A stretch of DNA of 63,938 nt, filler included, from Trichomonas gallinae (GCA_008369845.1; 7 parts of 7 records of this genome joined end to end with filler, not necessarily neighbours in it), one strand, 5' to 3'; positions 1 through 10,752 are shown, counted from the first letter of the whole stretch. The notes: a model not told the origin generated them from the sequence alone. Numbers and translations: made by a program.

Positions 1-79
1 TTTTAGCCAATGCTCGACTATGAGGCGTTTGGAAGCAAACAAGTATAAAAATGTAAACTATTCAAACCTACCCCCTTAA
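1..79. mobile_element. End of a TTAA-target DNA transposon (Kolobok-like): TIR 52-75 followed by TTAA 76-79
   Basis: 52-79 TGTAAACTATTCAAACCTACCCCC|TTAA is the reverse complement (1 mismatch) of 10751-10778 TTAA|GGGGGTAGGTTTGAATGGTTTACA. Both copies lie at contig/window ends. A TTAA target with purine-purine termini fits Kolobok; piggyBac ends begin CCY. Confidence 0.65.
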
Positions 80-292
80 TAAAGCAAAGCATTTGAAATA
101 TTTTTTTGTTCATAAGAAATAATGCAAAATGCACATATAACTATATGAGAAAATATGCTTTTCATGTTATGTAATATCTTGTTTCACCGAAATTTAATTT
201 CAAATTCAGCTTCAAATTTAACAATTAAAATAAATGCGTGATTTTAAAAATATAAACACTAACATGATTTAATTTAAATCTAAAATACAAAA

Positions 293-3200
293 TTATTTGG
301 TTTTGATTGGATCAGCGACGACTCCTATTTTAAGCTCCCTAGGAATCTTTCCTTTAGAAGAATCCCTCAAAGCTTCTTCAACGGTCGGGAAATTTGTGTT
401 GTCCTGCTTCTGTTGCTGGCCTGGATATTCAGGCTGCCTCATTTGTGCTGTTATCACGTGAATTGTCACCGGTTTTGGTTTTTCTGGCTCCTCCAATTTC
501 CTCACGAAACTAATAGGCTGCTTCGCTGCTTCTTCTTTCACATCTGGATCCAAATGCAGGAGGTCCATGGCCTTGAGAACGTTCATCATGTTCGCCCTCT
601 GCCTCTCTAGGATCATCTCCTTCTTCCTCTGCCATCTGGCCGCTGCTGCTTCTTGTCTCGATATGAAATCGCTGTTGTAGCCTGAATTGATATTCTTCAA
701 CATGTTGAGGATTTTCCGGCGTCTCATTTCTTCCATCTGCGCGTTCTCTTTCTCACCTTTCTTCGAGAACATTTCTGTCGCGAGTGCCATCTTTCTAGCT
801 TGTGCTAGCAATTGTCTTAATTCGTCGTTCTCTGCTGTAAGTCTCGCGATAAGCGCTGCGCTGTTTGCGATTCTGTCTTTGTACTGTTCCATCAGCATGT
901 TCTGCTTCACTGAGTCTCTGTCAAGTCGCTTGTACTCTTGTGTCAGTTTGTACAAAGTCTGGTTAAGCGCATGTTCTTTGTCTTTGCTGCTCAATACTTG
1001 ATGAGACTTGTTCTGAAGGATTGACTCTAGAGTGTCAATCCTGTTCTTGAGGGCTTGAAGCGGGCTGTATGATGTCTTGATGACTTTCCTGCTGCTTACT
1101 TCAGGAGCCAACTCTCCTTCCATGTTCGGTGTTGTGTTGCGAGCGGAACCTTCTATACTGCGCTGCGAATTCCTTGGCTCTCTCTGCGAATCTTTCTTTT
1201 CATCTTTGATGTATCTCGTAACATAAACAACTGTCTTCTTGTCCGTCATCATCGGCTCGAAGGAGTCGAATGATCTGGATCTGCCGTGATCGCCTAACGA
1301 AATCGTCGTGATTTTGTCTGGTTCGCCGTCTTTAAGACCAGGCAGTGGCATCTTGATGATGGACGACCTCTGATTCTGGTTCTGGTTCGGCAATAAACCG
1401 CCGGAAATTCTTCCTTTCTTGATCGAAAGAGAAACCGGTTGTCCAGGAACTGCAATTTGCGCGATTCCTTGTTTGTGCTGGTTTTCGTCGAGAATCAGCT
1501 CCGGTCTGTGCAGCTCAGCAGACTTCCTCACCGGGTCGTCTTGTTTTCCTGGGCGACTCGATGTGAGTGGCGATTTGAGCAAGTTGATTGGCGAAGTTGC
1601 TCTCATAACCGTCTCTGCAGAGTGAATTTCTTGGCTAACAGGAAGAGTTTCGAACGAGCTGTAAAGTGGTGAAAGAGAGAAACCTTTCTTAGGCAGTGTC
1701 GGAGCCATTTCTGTGTTGAATATAACGAAAGGACCAACAAATAAACCATCGAAGACTGACTTTTTGACTTCTTGGACAACAATTTTGCTTTCCAGTTCTC
1801 TTATCTTCGATTCCGTCTTTATCTGTTCTTCGGAAAGATTCCTGTTCATTTTCTGGCTCTCATCCAAGTTCTTGCGCAGTTCGTCGATCTGAGCTTTCTG
1901 GAAATTAATCAAGTCGTTTGCTTTCTCGTTTGTTTGATTGTTTGGATCTTCGCTGATTGACTCCATCGCTATATTATTCAAGATCTTTGAGATCTGGTTC
2001 GACAAATCTTCGTTCTTGCCTTTTTCTTTAACGAGTTGTTCCCTTAAGTCGATCAATTCCATGCCTCTTCTGTCCAAGAGATTTGTCGCTTCTGCAACTG
2101 ACTGATTCAACGCATCTCTCTCCATCACAACATTCGTCGTGTAGGCCGCCTGTTCCTGCAGTTTTTCGATCAACTGCTCAGGATGATCAGAGCCGACAGT
2201 CTTAATTGCTCCGAAAGCCAGATCGTTTGCTTTCTTGAGAGCTTTGACGACTTCTTGGTGCTGAGCGAACAGATCTTTCATGTGCGCGTCAATGTCCGCG
2301 TGCATGTCTACTAACTGAGCCTGTCTCTCGTTAATCGCTTGTATCTGTGTCTGAAGAATATCTTTGTCTCCTTTTATGTCTATCATGGAAACTTCGGCTT
2401 TCTGGAAAACGAAGTCGCTGCAGACTTTCAATGATTCTATCTTTTTGTCGATTGACATTTGTTCCATTTTGTTGTCTGTGTTAACAAACATGACTGTTTC
2501 TGATGGCTTCCCATCATTGGTTGGTGCTGAATACATGGATAGAATCGTCGAAATGACTCTCTTCATTATCGGTGCGGGTTTCTCTGGAATTTCATTAGAA
2601 ACAGGTCTCGCGAATGAAAGAGAAGCCTTAACATAAGGTTTGTTGATGGAATCGAATCCAACTAACTTCAGCAAAACTTTGCCCTGGAAGTCGAATGAAA
2701 CTCTCCTCTTAGAGTTATGTATGTCGCTGTGTGTTTTCGCCATGTTCTTGGAGAGTTTGCTATCTTTTCTCGGGCTTAGTTTTTGTGGTGAATCTTGCGG
2801 GGAAATGTGGAAAACGTTGTTAGATTCGAGAGACTTCTCTGATTTAGCGTCAACTCTTAAGTACTGTGGCGTTGAATCGTCTTCATTTATTGACTCAATA
2901 GAATTCCTTTCGAATGTTTGACTCTCGGATTTATAAAGGTTATTCTTAGGATCTTCCAAACTGTTTATCTCGAAAGTCTGTGAATCTGATGATTTCAGTG
3001 ACATTCTCTCTGCGTTGTTGTTAATTTCGAATGTCTGTGAGTTTGATGATATTAGAGAAGCCTTTGAGTGTGCTGGGGAGTCAGGCATTGATTTGATGAC
3101 ATCAAGTTTCTTGGAAGGTTCGATGTCGAAATGCTCGCTCGATGCCGATAATAGTCTTGAATTCTTTGTTTCTTTTTCATTGATTTCGAATGTCAATGAA

Positions 3201-6200
3201 TCAGACGACTTTAGAGCCATTTTCTCTTCTTTTCGCAATTTCTTTGGTGACTTTTCAGGTGACTCTGGTATTGGCGACTGGGCTTTCTTTGGCGATTCCT
3301 CTTTTTCTATCTCGAAGATTTGGGAATCTGACGATAAAAGATTCTTCTTTTGGCTCATGTCTACTTGGATGCCGACATTCATTGGAATATAAGGATTCGT
3401 CTGGCATGATACAGTGAAGTAAGATTTCTTGTCACTGGAAGCTACTGGCTGTGTTAAATCTGTCTTAAACGAAACTCTTCTCTTCGAAGAATCAGCAGAT
3501 GATTGTCTCGAATTCTGCCCTGAATGCTCGCTGCCATTTCCTTCCTGCAAATTAAACTGCTCGAAAGATGAAGGCCCTGAAACTTCAACCAACTGCATCC
3601 TCCTCCTATGTTCTCCCTTTTCATCGCCATTTTGTGAATTTTGTGAACTTTGAGAATTTTGCGAATTTGACGCATTTTGATGATTTTCTTGATCTGTAAA
3701 ATGTGATGGATTTTGCTGATTTTCGATATCTATGATCATTTCTTTGGATCTTGAGAGTGTCGGGAGGGCTTTTCGGCTTTCTGGTATCATTGCTAATAAC
3801 GAAAGTCTTTGTTCGTTTTCGTTTGTATTTTCTTCTTGTGGAGTTTCAACACTTATCTCAAAGATTTGGCTGTTTTGCAGAGCAGCCGGAGACTTATCGA
3901 CTGAAACAGACTGAACCATGCAGACTGACAACAGAGCCTTTCTTATTGTCATTCCGCTGATTTCGTCTAAGCTTTTTCCGATTTTTTGGCCGAGTTGTTC
4001 CCTTAACAATCTATTTTCTTCGTAAATCCTCGAAATCTTCTCTGCATCGTCGGCAATCTGCGATCTCATGACAGCGACAACATCTCCGTTGAAATTAGAA
4101 CCCCTAGAATTAATATTTTCGAGTGTTTTCTTCATGAATGTGTTTTCGTCGACTAACTTCAGATATTTACTGTGCAGCTCTCTAAACTCGTCCATAGGAA
4201 CCTGCGGGACAATGTCTTCCGCCAATTCCGACGGTGTCTGCAAATCCTGCTCTGACATGTCTTTGATCATCTTCGAGAAGTCAGCCTGCGAGTTGCAGTT
4301 GGATAAATGCTCAACGATTTTCTCTCTTTGTTCAGCAACTTTTCTCTCAAAATTCGCTTGCATTATTTCCTTGATTTTCGCTATTTCTATCTCTTTCGCT
4401 TTGTCATATGCTTTCTTTTGGGCAATCATCTCTTTGTTCATCTCTTCTTTGACCTTCTGGACTTCCATGTCTATCTTTAAGTTCATCATTTCTTCTGTAA
4501 GTCCTGTGTTTTCGTCCAGCAATTCTTCCTCGTCGTCGTCTTCGAATAAAGCCTGGTCCTTCACGGCCTCGTCGTTCATTGACGCTATGACTTGCAAAGA
4601 TTTAACCTGCGCGTGAAGTTTCCTGTTCTTAGTTTTCAACGTGTCAATTTTCAAAATTAAATCTTGCCTGACTGTGTTTAACTGTTTTTGCATCTCAGCT
4701 GTGTTCTCTAAGACAGCTCTCTTCGACTCGTTGTCGAGCTCGATTTTTTGGTTCTCTAGAGCGTTTCTAAGCTCCACTGCGTGTATTTCTTTGACTGCTT
4801 CGACTTCTTTTTCGAGTTTTCTGTTTTTCATTTCGTAAGTTCTCTTCAAGTTGTCCATTTTCTCCTTGAAATTGTCTCTGAGCTCGTCCATCTCCTTCGT
4901 GTGGTTGTCTGTCATCCTGTCCAATGTGTCGTTCTGCTGTTTCATCAATATATCCATCATTTTCTGGTTTCCGTCTGGTGTCATCGTGTTTATGAAGTCC
5001 TGCATCTGCGCTTTATGCTTTCTCTCGATACTTTCGAGTGTTGCTTGATAATTAGCTTGCAATCTCTCTTTTTGCTCGGTTAAATGTCGCTGAATTTCTA
5101 ATTTCATATTTTCTTCATCGCGTTCTGGGCCTTGTGTTGATAATTTCACCATCATGTCTTCGTTCTTCTTCTTAAGCTCGTTTATCTGTTTGGTAAATTT
5201 GTCTTTTTCTGTCTGTAATTGATTTTTAATAATTTTAAATTCGTTTTCAAGCTCAACGTTTTTGTTTTCGAGTTGGTTCGATGCGAGTTTATCTTGTTTT
5301 ATCTTAGTTTGCAATGTCGTGTTTTCTGTTCTGAGATTTGAAATTGCTTCGTTTAAAACTCTGATTTTTGCATCGAATTCAAGCTCACGCTGAGCAAGAA
5401 TGGCTGGGTCGATGCCTTCGAACTGTGCTTCGTTTTCTTCGTTATTTTCTTCGATTTGCTCTTTCAGAGTTGAAACTGTTGTATTTAACTTGTTGATTTT
5501 CGTGTCTTGTTCCATGATCTTTCTATTCGCGTTATTTAAAGCCTGGCCTTGCTCTTGGTGCTGTTTTTGCATTTTTGAATTCGCTTTTCTGTGGCCTCTA
5601 GATAATATTTCCATTGATTCTCTCAGACGCTGAATCTCGTGATTCTTATCAGCCAGTTTTGCTTGATATTCTGCGATTTGTTTTTGATAATTTTCGATAA
5701 TCGTTTGGTGAATACTTGCTGCCTGTCCGATTGATGATTCGCTCATCTCGCAGCAACTCTTGATGAGCTGTGCAAGCTGAGTCGCGTCTAGTTGAGTATC
5801 AGCGAGTTTTGGAAGATCAGCGACATCGTTTTTAGATGAAGCTTGAACACCTTGAAACCAGCTTCTAAGAGAGTTAAGCAGCTGCTGTTGAGCGTCAGAA
5901 TTGCCCGCGTGATTGTCTATCATTTTCGAAAGCGAATATCTCGCTTCCATCAACAGCGTTTGCTGATCTAAGTCGAGCATGCTGCCTGTTTTGTCGAGCA
6001 TGTCCAGCAGGCCGAGCATGACGTCGTGATCATTGAGCTGGTAGTTAACAATCAGATTTCGTATTTTTTGCGCTGATTCGTCGATTTTAACGAATGGATT
6101 TGACTTCTCCTCTGGCATTTCGCGTGTTTTTGGGCCGTTTTCGAGGCTTTTCCATATGTTTTCTGTCTGATTTTCGTTATAATACCAATTATCAGGGACT

Positions 6201-6316
6201 CCTTTGAGAACTTCCTCTGTTTGCGGCGGATTCTTCGTGTTCTGGACTAGTTTCTTCGACTTAGCGAGTCCAGTCTTCTCCCCTTTGTTAGAATCCGGAA
6301 AAAACAAAGGGTTCAT
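293..6316 (-). CDS. Large (~2007 aa) coiled-coil protein of unknown function with a central Ser-rich repeat region
   Basis: Uninterrupted 6-kb ORF. First ATG is at 6316 (MNPLFFP); the track start at 6340 is non-ATG. Long E/K/Q-rich heptad segments, repeated S-x-S-Q-x-F-E-I motifs and two KRRVSF motifs. Confidence 0.85.
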   Translation of the reverse strand: MNPLFFPDSNKGEKTGLAKSKKLVQNTKNPPQTEEVLKGVPDNWYYNENQTENIWKSLENGPKTREMPEEKSNPFVKIDESAQKIRNLIVNYQLNDHDVMLGLLDMLDKTGSMLDLDQQTLLMEARYSLSKMIDNHAGNSDAQQQLLNSLRSWFQGVQASSKNDVADLPKLADTQLDATQLAQLIKSCCEMSESSIGQAASIHQTIIENYQKQIAEYQAKLADKNHEIQRLRESMEILSRGHRKANSKMQKQHQEQGQALNNANRKIMEQDTKINKLNTTVSTLKEQIEENNEENEAQFEGIDPAILAQRELEFDAKIRVLNEAISNLRTENTTLQTKIKQDKLASNQLENKNVELENEFKIIKNQLQTEKDKFTKQINELKKKNEDMMVKLSTQGPERDEENMKLEIQRHLTEQKERLQANYQATLESIERKHKAQMQDFINTMTPDGNQKMMDILMKQQNDTLDRMTDNHTKEMDELRDNFKEKMDNLKRTYEMKNRKLEKEVEAVKEIHAVELRNALENQKIELDNESKRAVLENTAEMQKQLNTVRQDLILKIDTLKTKNRKLHAQVKSLQVIASMNDEAVKDQALFEDDDEEELLDENTGLTEEMMNLKIDMEVQKVKEEMNKEMIAQKKAYDKAKEIEIAKIKEIMQANFERKVAEQREKIVEHLSNCNSQADFSKMIKDMSEQDLQTPSELAEDIVPQVPMDEFRELHSKYLKLVDENTFMKKTLENINSRGSNFNGDVVAVMRSQIADDAEKISRIYEENRLLREQLGQKIGKSLDEISGMTIRKALLSVCMVQSVSVDKSPAALQNSQIFEISVETPQEENTNENEQRLSLLAMIPESRKALPTLSRSKEMIIDIENQQNPSHFTDQENHQNASNSQNSQSSQNSQNGDEKGEHRRRMQLVEVSGPSSFEQFNLQEGNGSEHSGQNSRQSSADSSKRRVSFKTDLTQPVASSDKKSYFTVSCQTNPYIPMNVGIQVDMSQKKNLLSSDSQIFEIEKEESPKKAQSPIPESPEKSPKKLRKEEKMALKSSDSLTFEINEKETKNSRLLSASSEHFDIEPSKKLDVIKSMPDSPAHSKASLISSNSQTFEINNNAERMSLKSSDSQTFEINSLEDPKNNLYKSESQTFERNSIESINEDDSTPQYLRVDAKSEKSLESNNVFHISPQDSPQKLSPRKDSKLSKNMAKTHSDIHNSKRRVSFDFQGKVLLKLVGFDSINKPYVKASLSFARPVSNEIPEKPAPIMKRVISTILSMYSAPTNDGKPSETVMFVNTDNKMEQMSIDKKIESLKVCSDFVFQKAEVSMIDIKGDKDILQTQIQAINERQAQLVDMHADIDAHMKDLFAQHQEVVKALKKANDLAFGAIKTVGSDHPEQLIEKLQEQAAYTTNVVMERDALNQSVAEATNLLDRRGMELIDLREQLVKEKGKNEDLSNQISKILNNIAMESISEDPNNQTNEKANDLINFQKAQIDELRKNLDESQKMNRNLSEEQIKTESKIRELESKIVVQEVKKSVFDGLFVGPFVIFNTEMAPTLPKKGFSLSPLYSSFETLPVSQEIHSAETVMRATSPINLLKSPLTSSRPGKQDDPVRKSAELHRPELILDENQHKQGIAQIAVPGQPVSLSIKKGRISGGLLPNQNQNQRSSIIKMPLPGLKDGEPDKITTISLGDHGRSRSFDSFEPMMTDKKTVVYVTRYIKDEKKDSQREPRNSQRSIEGSARNTTPNMEGELAPEVSSRKVIKTSYSPLQALKNRIDTLESILQNKSHQVLSSKDKEHALNQTLYKLTQEYKRLDRDSVKQNMLMEQYKDRIANSAALIARLTAENDELRQLLAQARKMALATEMFSKKGEKENAQMEEMRRRKILNMLKNINSGYNSDFISRQEAAAARWQRKKEMILERQRANMMNVLKAMDLLHLDPDVKEEAAKQPISFVRKLEEPEKPKPVTIHVITAQMRQPEYPGQQQKQDNTNFPTVEEALRDSSKGKIPRELKIGVVADPIKTK

Positions 6317-6476
6317 TTTTTTAGAAAAAAAAACGAGCAAAATTTGTTTTACATTTTACATTCTGACAAATGTCAAAAAAATTAACTCAGATATGTTATG
6401 AGGTAAATTTGTCATTTTAGCAACCTTAAGCAACAAGTCTTAAATGTTGCAAAAAGGTGACTTCTCTGTTATGATA

Positions 6477-6810
6477 ACCAAATTTTGTATATATTCATAC
6501 TATGTCTAGATGATGTTAATATAAATGATCCAGACATACTGGTGAGCTTAGACTATAGTTACGCTTGATAAGGTTTTTGACAAGTGTCAAGAAATAATAT
6601 AGAACTGTTTTGATAACTCAAGATTGAAATTGAAGTCCCAAACTTTGCGCATATTCATACTATGTCTAGATAGTGTTGATATATAAGATCGAGATAGATT
6701 GGTGAGTTTAGAATATAGAAATGGATATGCAGCACAAGATTGAAATTGAAGTACCAAACTTTGCACACATTTATATTATGACTAGATAGCGTTAATTCTA
6801 AAAATCCAAA
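6477..6810. repeat. Degenerate three-copy local direct repeat
   Basis: ATATTCATACTATGTCTAGAT is exact at 6491 and 6651; CAAGATTGAAATTGAAGT is exact at 6619 and 6735; the third copy is diverged (ATTATGACTAGATAGCGTTAAT near 6775). Confidence 0.75.
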
Positions 6811-7240
6811 TGTTTACGTGAACATAGGCTTATTAGAACTTAAATATTATGTCAAAATTTCTCAAATGCAAATTTGTATAACTTTTTGATGGAAGCTAGG
6901 TCTAAAAAGTTAAACAACTCATACAATTATAATTTTTACATAAAAATGCATGTATGTTACCACTATAGTTTTTGCTTATTAGCTATATTTACGGAGATAT
7001 TCATCAAAGAAAGTCATCTAAATAGGATCAAGCATTTCTCGAAAATTGCTCTATTCATCACTGATTTTATGTTATAAACAGATAGTGCATTGAAAATTCT
7101 CTGGCATATAGCGTATAATTTATGCAAATATCTAAACATTGCGAAATTTTATTGGTGATGTTTCTCCGTATATAGTGTAAGTAATAATAAAACAACGAAA
7201 CATAAAAAATTCAACAAAACAAGTTAAATTTTTACAAACA

Positions 7241-7861
7241 TTAAATATCTTGATTAAGAAGATCTTTTAACCAGTATCTACGGTATTTCTCTGCAAAGAA
7301 ACCAATGGTTTTATTGTCGGCGTCTGGTGATTCTGTGTCTATTCCGTGATTTACCAAATATTCTGCAACTGTTTTCTGATTTCCAACAACTGCGAAAAAC
7401 AGAGCATTCCAGCCGTTGCTCGCCACACTGTTGATGTCAACTGGCCTTTCTTCTGTATGAAGTTTGAGAATTGCTTCGATAAACTCAATATGGCCACGTT
7501 GTGCTGCGATATGTAACGGAGTTTTGCCATCCTCTGTTCTTGATTCCAAATTCGCTCCTTTATTTGCTAAAAGCTCAAGAGTTTCTGTTCTTCCGGTATA
7601 AGCTGCCCAATGCAATGCCGTGTAGCCTGCGAAATTCTTGTTATCGACTTTTGCACCCTTTTCTAGTAAATATTGTGCGCATTCGATTGATCCATGAGCA
7701 GCTGCGCACATTAATAAAGTATGAATGTGATTTGTTGGGCTGTAAGTTGATGCATTTGGCGAAACAAGAGTTGGATTGATAAGGGTTTTCAGAGATTCGA
7801 GTCTGTCATACTGAACAGCAGTCCATGCCTCAGGAATATCTTTCTTCGGAAGTCCTTGCAT
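7241..7861 (-). CDS. Ankyrin-repeat protein
   Basis: Repeats GYTALHWAA, GKTPLHIAA and GWNALFFAV with GAKVD/GANLE/GIDTE linkers. Confidence 0.93.
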   Translation of the reverse strand: MQGLPKKDIPEAWTAVQYDRLESLKTLINPTLVSPNASTYSPTNHIHTLLMCAAAHGSIECAQYLLEKGAKVDNKNFAGYTALHWAAYTGRTETLELLANKGANLESRTEDGKTPLHIAAQRGHIEFIEAILKLHTEERPVDINSVASNGWNALFFAVVGNQKTVAEYLVNHGIDTESPDADNKTIGFFAEKYRRYWLKDLLNQDI

Positions 7862-7871
7862 TTTCCTTCCA

Positions 7872-7983
7872 TTTACATGTCAAATTTGCATATTTACATG
7901 GCAAAACTTTGATTTATAAGACAAAATTTTATTATGACATTTTTGTATAATTTACATGGCAATTAATGTCTGTTTACATGTCA
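7872..7983. promoter_or_regulatory. Four-copy TTTACATG(T/G)CA motif cluster upstream of the ankyrin gene
   Basis: Copies at 7872, 7893, 7951 and 7973; the same motif recurs near other gene starts. Confidence 0.5.
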
Positions 7984-8345
7984 TTTTTTCATCACCACAC
8001 CCATTTTATTGCAGACTATATATAATATCTTATTCTGATTTCTCGAATATGGCTACTTTTTGCCGTAAAGATGAACCTACTAGGACTATAGTGTCAAAAT
8101 CTTAGACAACCCTTTATTTTATTTGCAAATTCTTTGGATTTTGATACTATAGATTCTGTGATTCAAAATAAGTGAAGTTTATCCTTTTTGCAGCATTAAA
8201 TGCATCTGATGAAAGCTTCTTACGTTGGATATTTTAGCAAATATATTTTGTGGGTTATTTTTATATTGTTAATTAAAAGGGTTATTTGTTTGCTATAGAG
8301 CATGATATAATATAAGTCTTTAGTATCTAATAAACAAAAAAAAAA

Positions 8346-9419
8346 TTAGTCGCATAATAAAACAGCAGCTTGTTCTAAACTTTGCTTCAAGCGCTCGTCA
8401 TCTGGTTCTGAGTTTGGCTCGCTGAAAACTTCCTTTTCCTGCATTTTGGCTTTCAATTCTTCAATGATAATGTAATCAAGCCATTGTGGAAGGATGACCC
8501 TAATAGGATCATCATAGTTCTGTAGTGGCTCGAATTGTGTCATTGTCACTTCAAGAGATCGTGATACATTTATAATTGCAGCTTTGTTCTTTCTCTCGCA
8601 GTAGTTTGATGAGCTGAATACTGTCAAGCAATTGTCTGTCTTCTCAAATGGAAAATTATATCCATGTTGGCAAAGTTCGTGCGCGCGAATGACCAATTCG
8701 ACACCAGTTTTCTGGCAAAAGTCTTCTAAAGCTTTTGGACCAAAATACTGGCCACAGCGTCTGGCGCTTGGTTTGTAATCCTCTTCCTGCTCCCTAGGAT
8801 CGCTCCAAACAAAATCTAAGAAAATAGAAGGATCTTCTATCTCGCCTGGCTTCTCAAGTGCGAGAAGGTCCTCGAAAGATGTGAATTCTGGGCTTAAACC
8901 TCCATGCACGCAAAAAATCTTTTTGTTGATTAATGCAGCAAGTGGAAGTTCCCTGAAGACTCTATGGAATTCAAAGAACATAGAGTAGTTGTATTTCGTT
9001 TCAATTTCATCCCTGAATCCGTAGTATTCAGACATATGCTCATTTTCATGATTGCCTCTGATCAAGTATATATGTTGTGGATATCTTAATTTAAGAGCGA
9101 AGAGCATGAGAAGTATCTCGACAGAGAGATTTCCTCTGTCAACATAATCTCCGAGGAATAAATAATTTGCCACGGGTGGATAACCAACCTTTTGGAAGAT
9201 TCGAAGTAGATCTGTGAAGTTGCCATGTAAATCACCAACAACATGAATGTTTGATGGTAAATTGAGGAGAACTGGTTCTGAGCGAAACACATTAATGACT
9301 TTGCGAAGTAGTTCCAAGATATCTCTGCGTGTGACGAGAGTATATACCGGCTCTGCTTTAATGTATGTCTGTATTACGTTGTACAGAAGCCTGTCAACTT
9401 CAGGAGAGCAGAAACTCAT
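8346..9419 (-). CDS. PPP-family Ser/Thr protein phosphatase (PP1-like)
   Basis: GDLHG, GDYVDRG, RGNHE, HGGLSP, WSDP, RAHE and TVFSSSNYC motifs. Confidence 0.95.
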   Translation of the reverse strand: MSFCSPEVDRLLYNVIQTYIKAEPVYTLVTRRDILELLRKVINVFRSEPVLLNLPSNIHVVGDLHGNFTDLLRIFQKVGYPPVANYLFLGDYVDRGNLSVEILLMLFALKLRYPQHIYLIRGNHENEHMSEYYGFRDEIETKYNYSMFFEFHRVFRELPLAALINKKIFCVHGGLSPEFTSFEDLLALEKPGEIEDPSIFLDFVWSDPREQEEDYKPSARRCGQYFGPKALEDFCQKTGVELVIRAHELCQHGYNFPFEKTDNCLTVFSSSNYCERKNKAAIINVSRSLEVTMTQFEPLQNYDDPIRVILPQWLDYIIIEELKAKMQEKEVFSEPNSEPDDERLKQSLEQAAVLLCD

Positions 9420-10422
9420 CTTTGGAGTAGTACCTTAACGTAAGTTCTCTCAAAATTTAGCATTATTGATGCATATCTTTAGATGCGATATTTAAATAAT
9501 GCTCATTAAGTGGGTCAGTAGAAATGGCTTGATGCCAGAAAAACGAGGGATCAGTAATAAAAAATAAATTTGATTTTTCTAAATTTTTAATAAAAATCGA
9601 TTTTTTATTTTAAATATTGAATATTTTGACATATCAACTCAGCAAACAGGTGCTATTTTATTTATATATTAGAAATTCAGCAATCATTTAAAGATGATGC
9701 AAATTCTGACAATAAAAATTTTGAGATGATTGGTCTATAATTTTAGGTTAAATTAACCCATGGTATGGGGATGAAGAAGGAACCAATTGTAAACGTATAA
9801 AGGCAATAAAAAATTGCGATTGTAATTTTCAATTTCAAAAAAAAATTGAGAGATTTTTTCGCTATTTAGATATTATATCTATATCCATAATATAAATTGA
9901 TTTCACTTTGTAAACCTTAATCGTTAACCTGATAAAATGCATTATAATGGTGAGAGCAAACTATAAAAAACGAAAATCACACAATAAAAATAAAACCGAA
10001 AAATATTCTGAATAAATAATTTGATAACTCCCCACGCAAAACTTTTTTGTACCATTTTGCTTAGACATAACATTTCCATTAATATTTTAAAGTTTCATTC
10101 AATTTACATTAAAGCTTGTCTTGTTGTATATCGATAGTTACGCAAAGATATATTTAGGAGGATAAATTTATTATGGACAAATTTGTGAACGAAATTGATA
10201 ATTATCGTTTTCTTTAGAATAAATTCTGAGATATTGAAATGTTTGTGTTCAGATCATAGAATATGTTTATATTGTAACTTTATAGCAAACTTTATCTGTT
10301 TCGTTATGATGCAAACATTGTAGCCATGAATAGAGAAAAAGATAGGGAAATTTTTTAGGAATAATTATCAACAGAAATAAAACAAAATAATAAACAAATA
10401 GCGTCGTATAATGACAATAGTA

Positions 10423-10752
10423 TCAGGCTACATTAAGTGGTGATGATGTCGTATCGTCCTCGAGAACTACGTACTTAATGAATTTCGAAATTTGTGCCCA
10501 ATTATCTTGATACCATTTAAGTATAACTGATTTGCGCCGTCTGGCATCACGGTCTAATTTGACTTGAGCATATGGCTTAATTGCTTCTGCGATGGACACT
10601 AATTCGTCCTGTGTAATTTTTTGTCCGAAGTGCTGGCATAACGTGGTCCATGCATCACTGATAGTAGCGTCAAACCCATGTACACGTTGTTGTACACGGG
10701 CAATTTCGTTGTCTCTATCTCTTTTCCTGCGACGAAAAGCACATTCCTCTTT
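10423..10752 (-). pseudogene. 5'-truncated small gene of the LDRxAxRxxS...W-x-x-x-NW family, interrupted by a TTAA transposon
   Basis: Hand translation, absent from the ORF track: KEECAFRRRKRDRDNEIARVQQRVHGFDATISDAWTTLCQHFGQKITQDELVSIAEAIKPYAQVKLDRDARRRKSVILKWYQDNWAQISKFIKYVVLEDDTTSSPLNVA*. No in-frame ATG; the frame runs into the TTAA|TIR junction. Clearly similar to 24585-25019. Confidence 0.75.

Noticed and set aside
413..5633. Many short plus-strand ORFs opposite the giant gene (and similar ones opposite other genes)
   Set aside because: Antisense shadows caused by codon bias; no independent motifs.
6477..6810. CRISPR-like reading of the spaced repeats
   Set aside because: Spacing is irregular, the intervening sequences are homologous, the context is eukaryotic and there are no cas genes.
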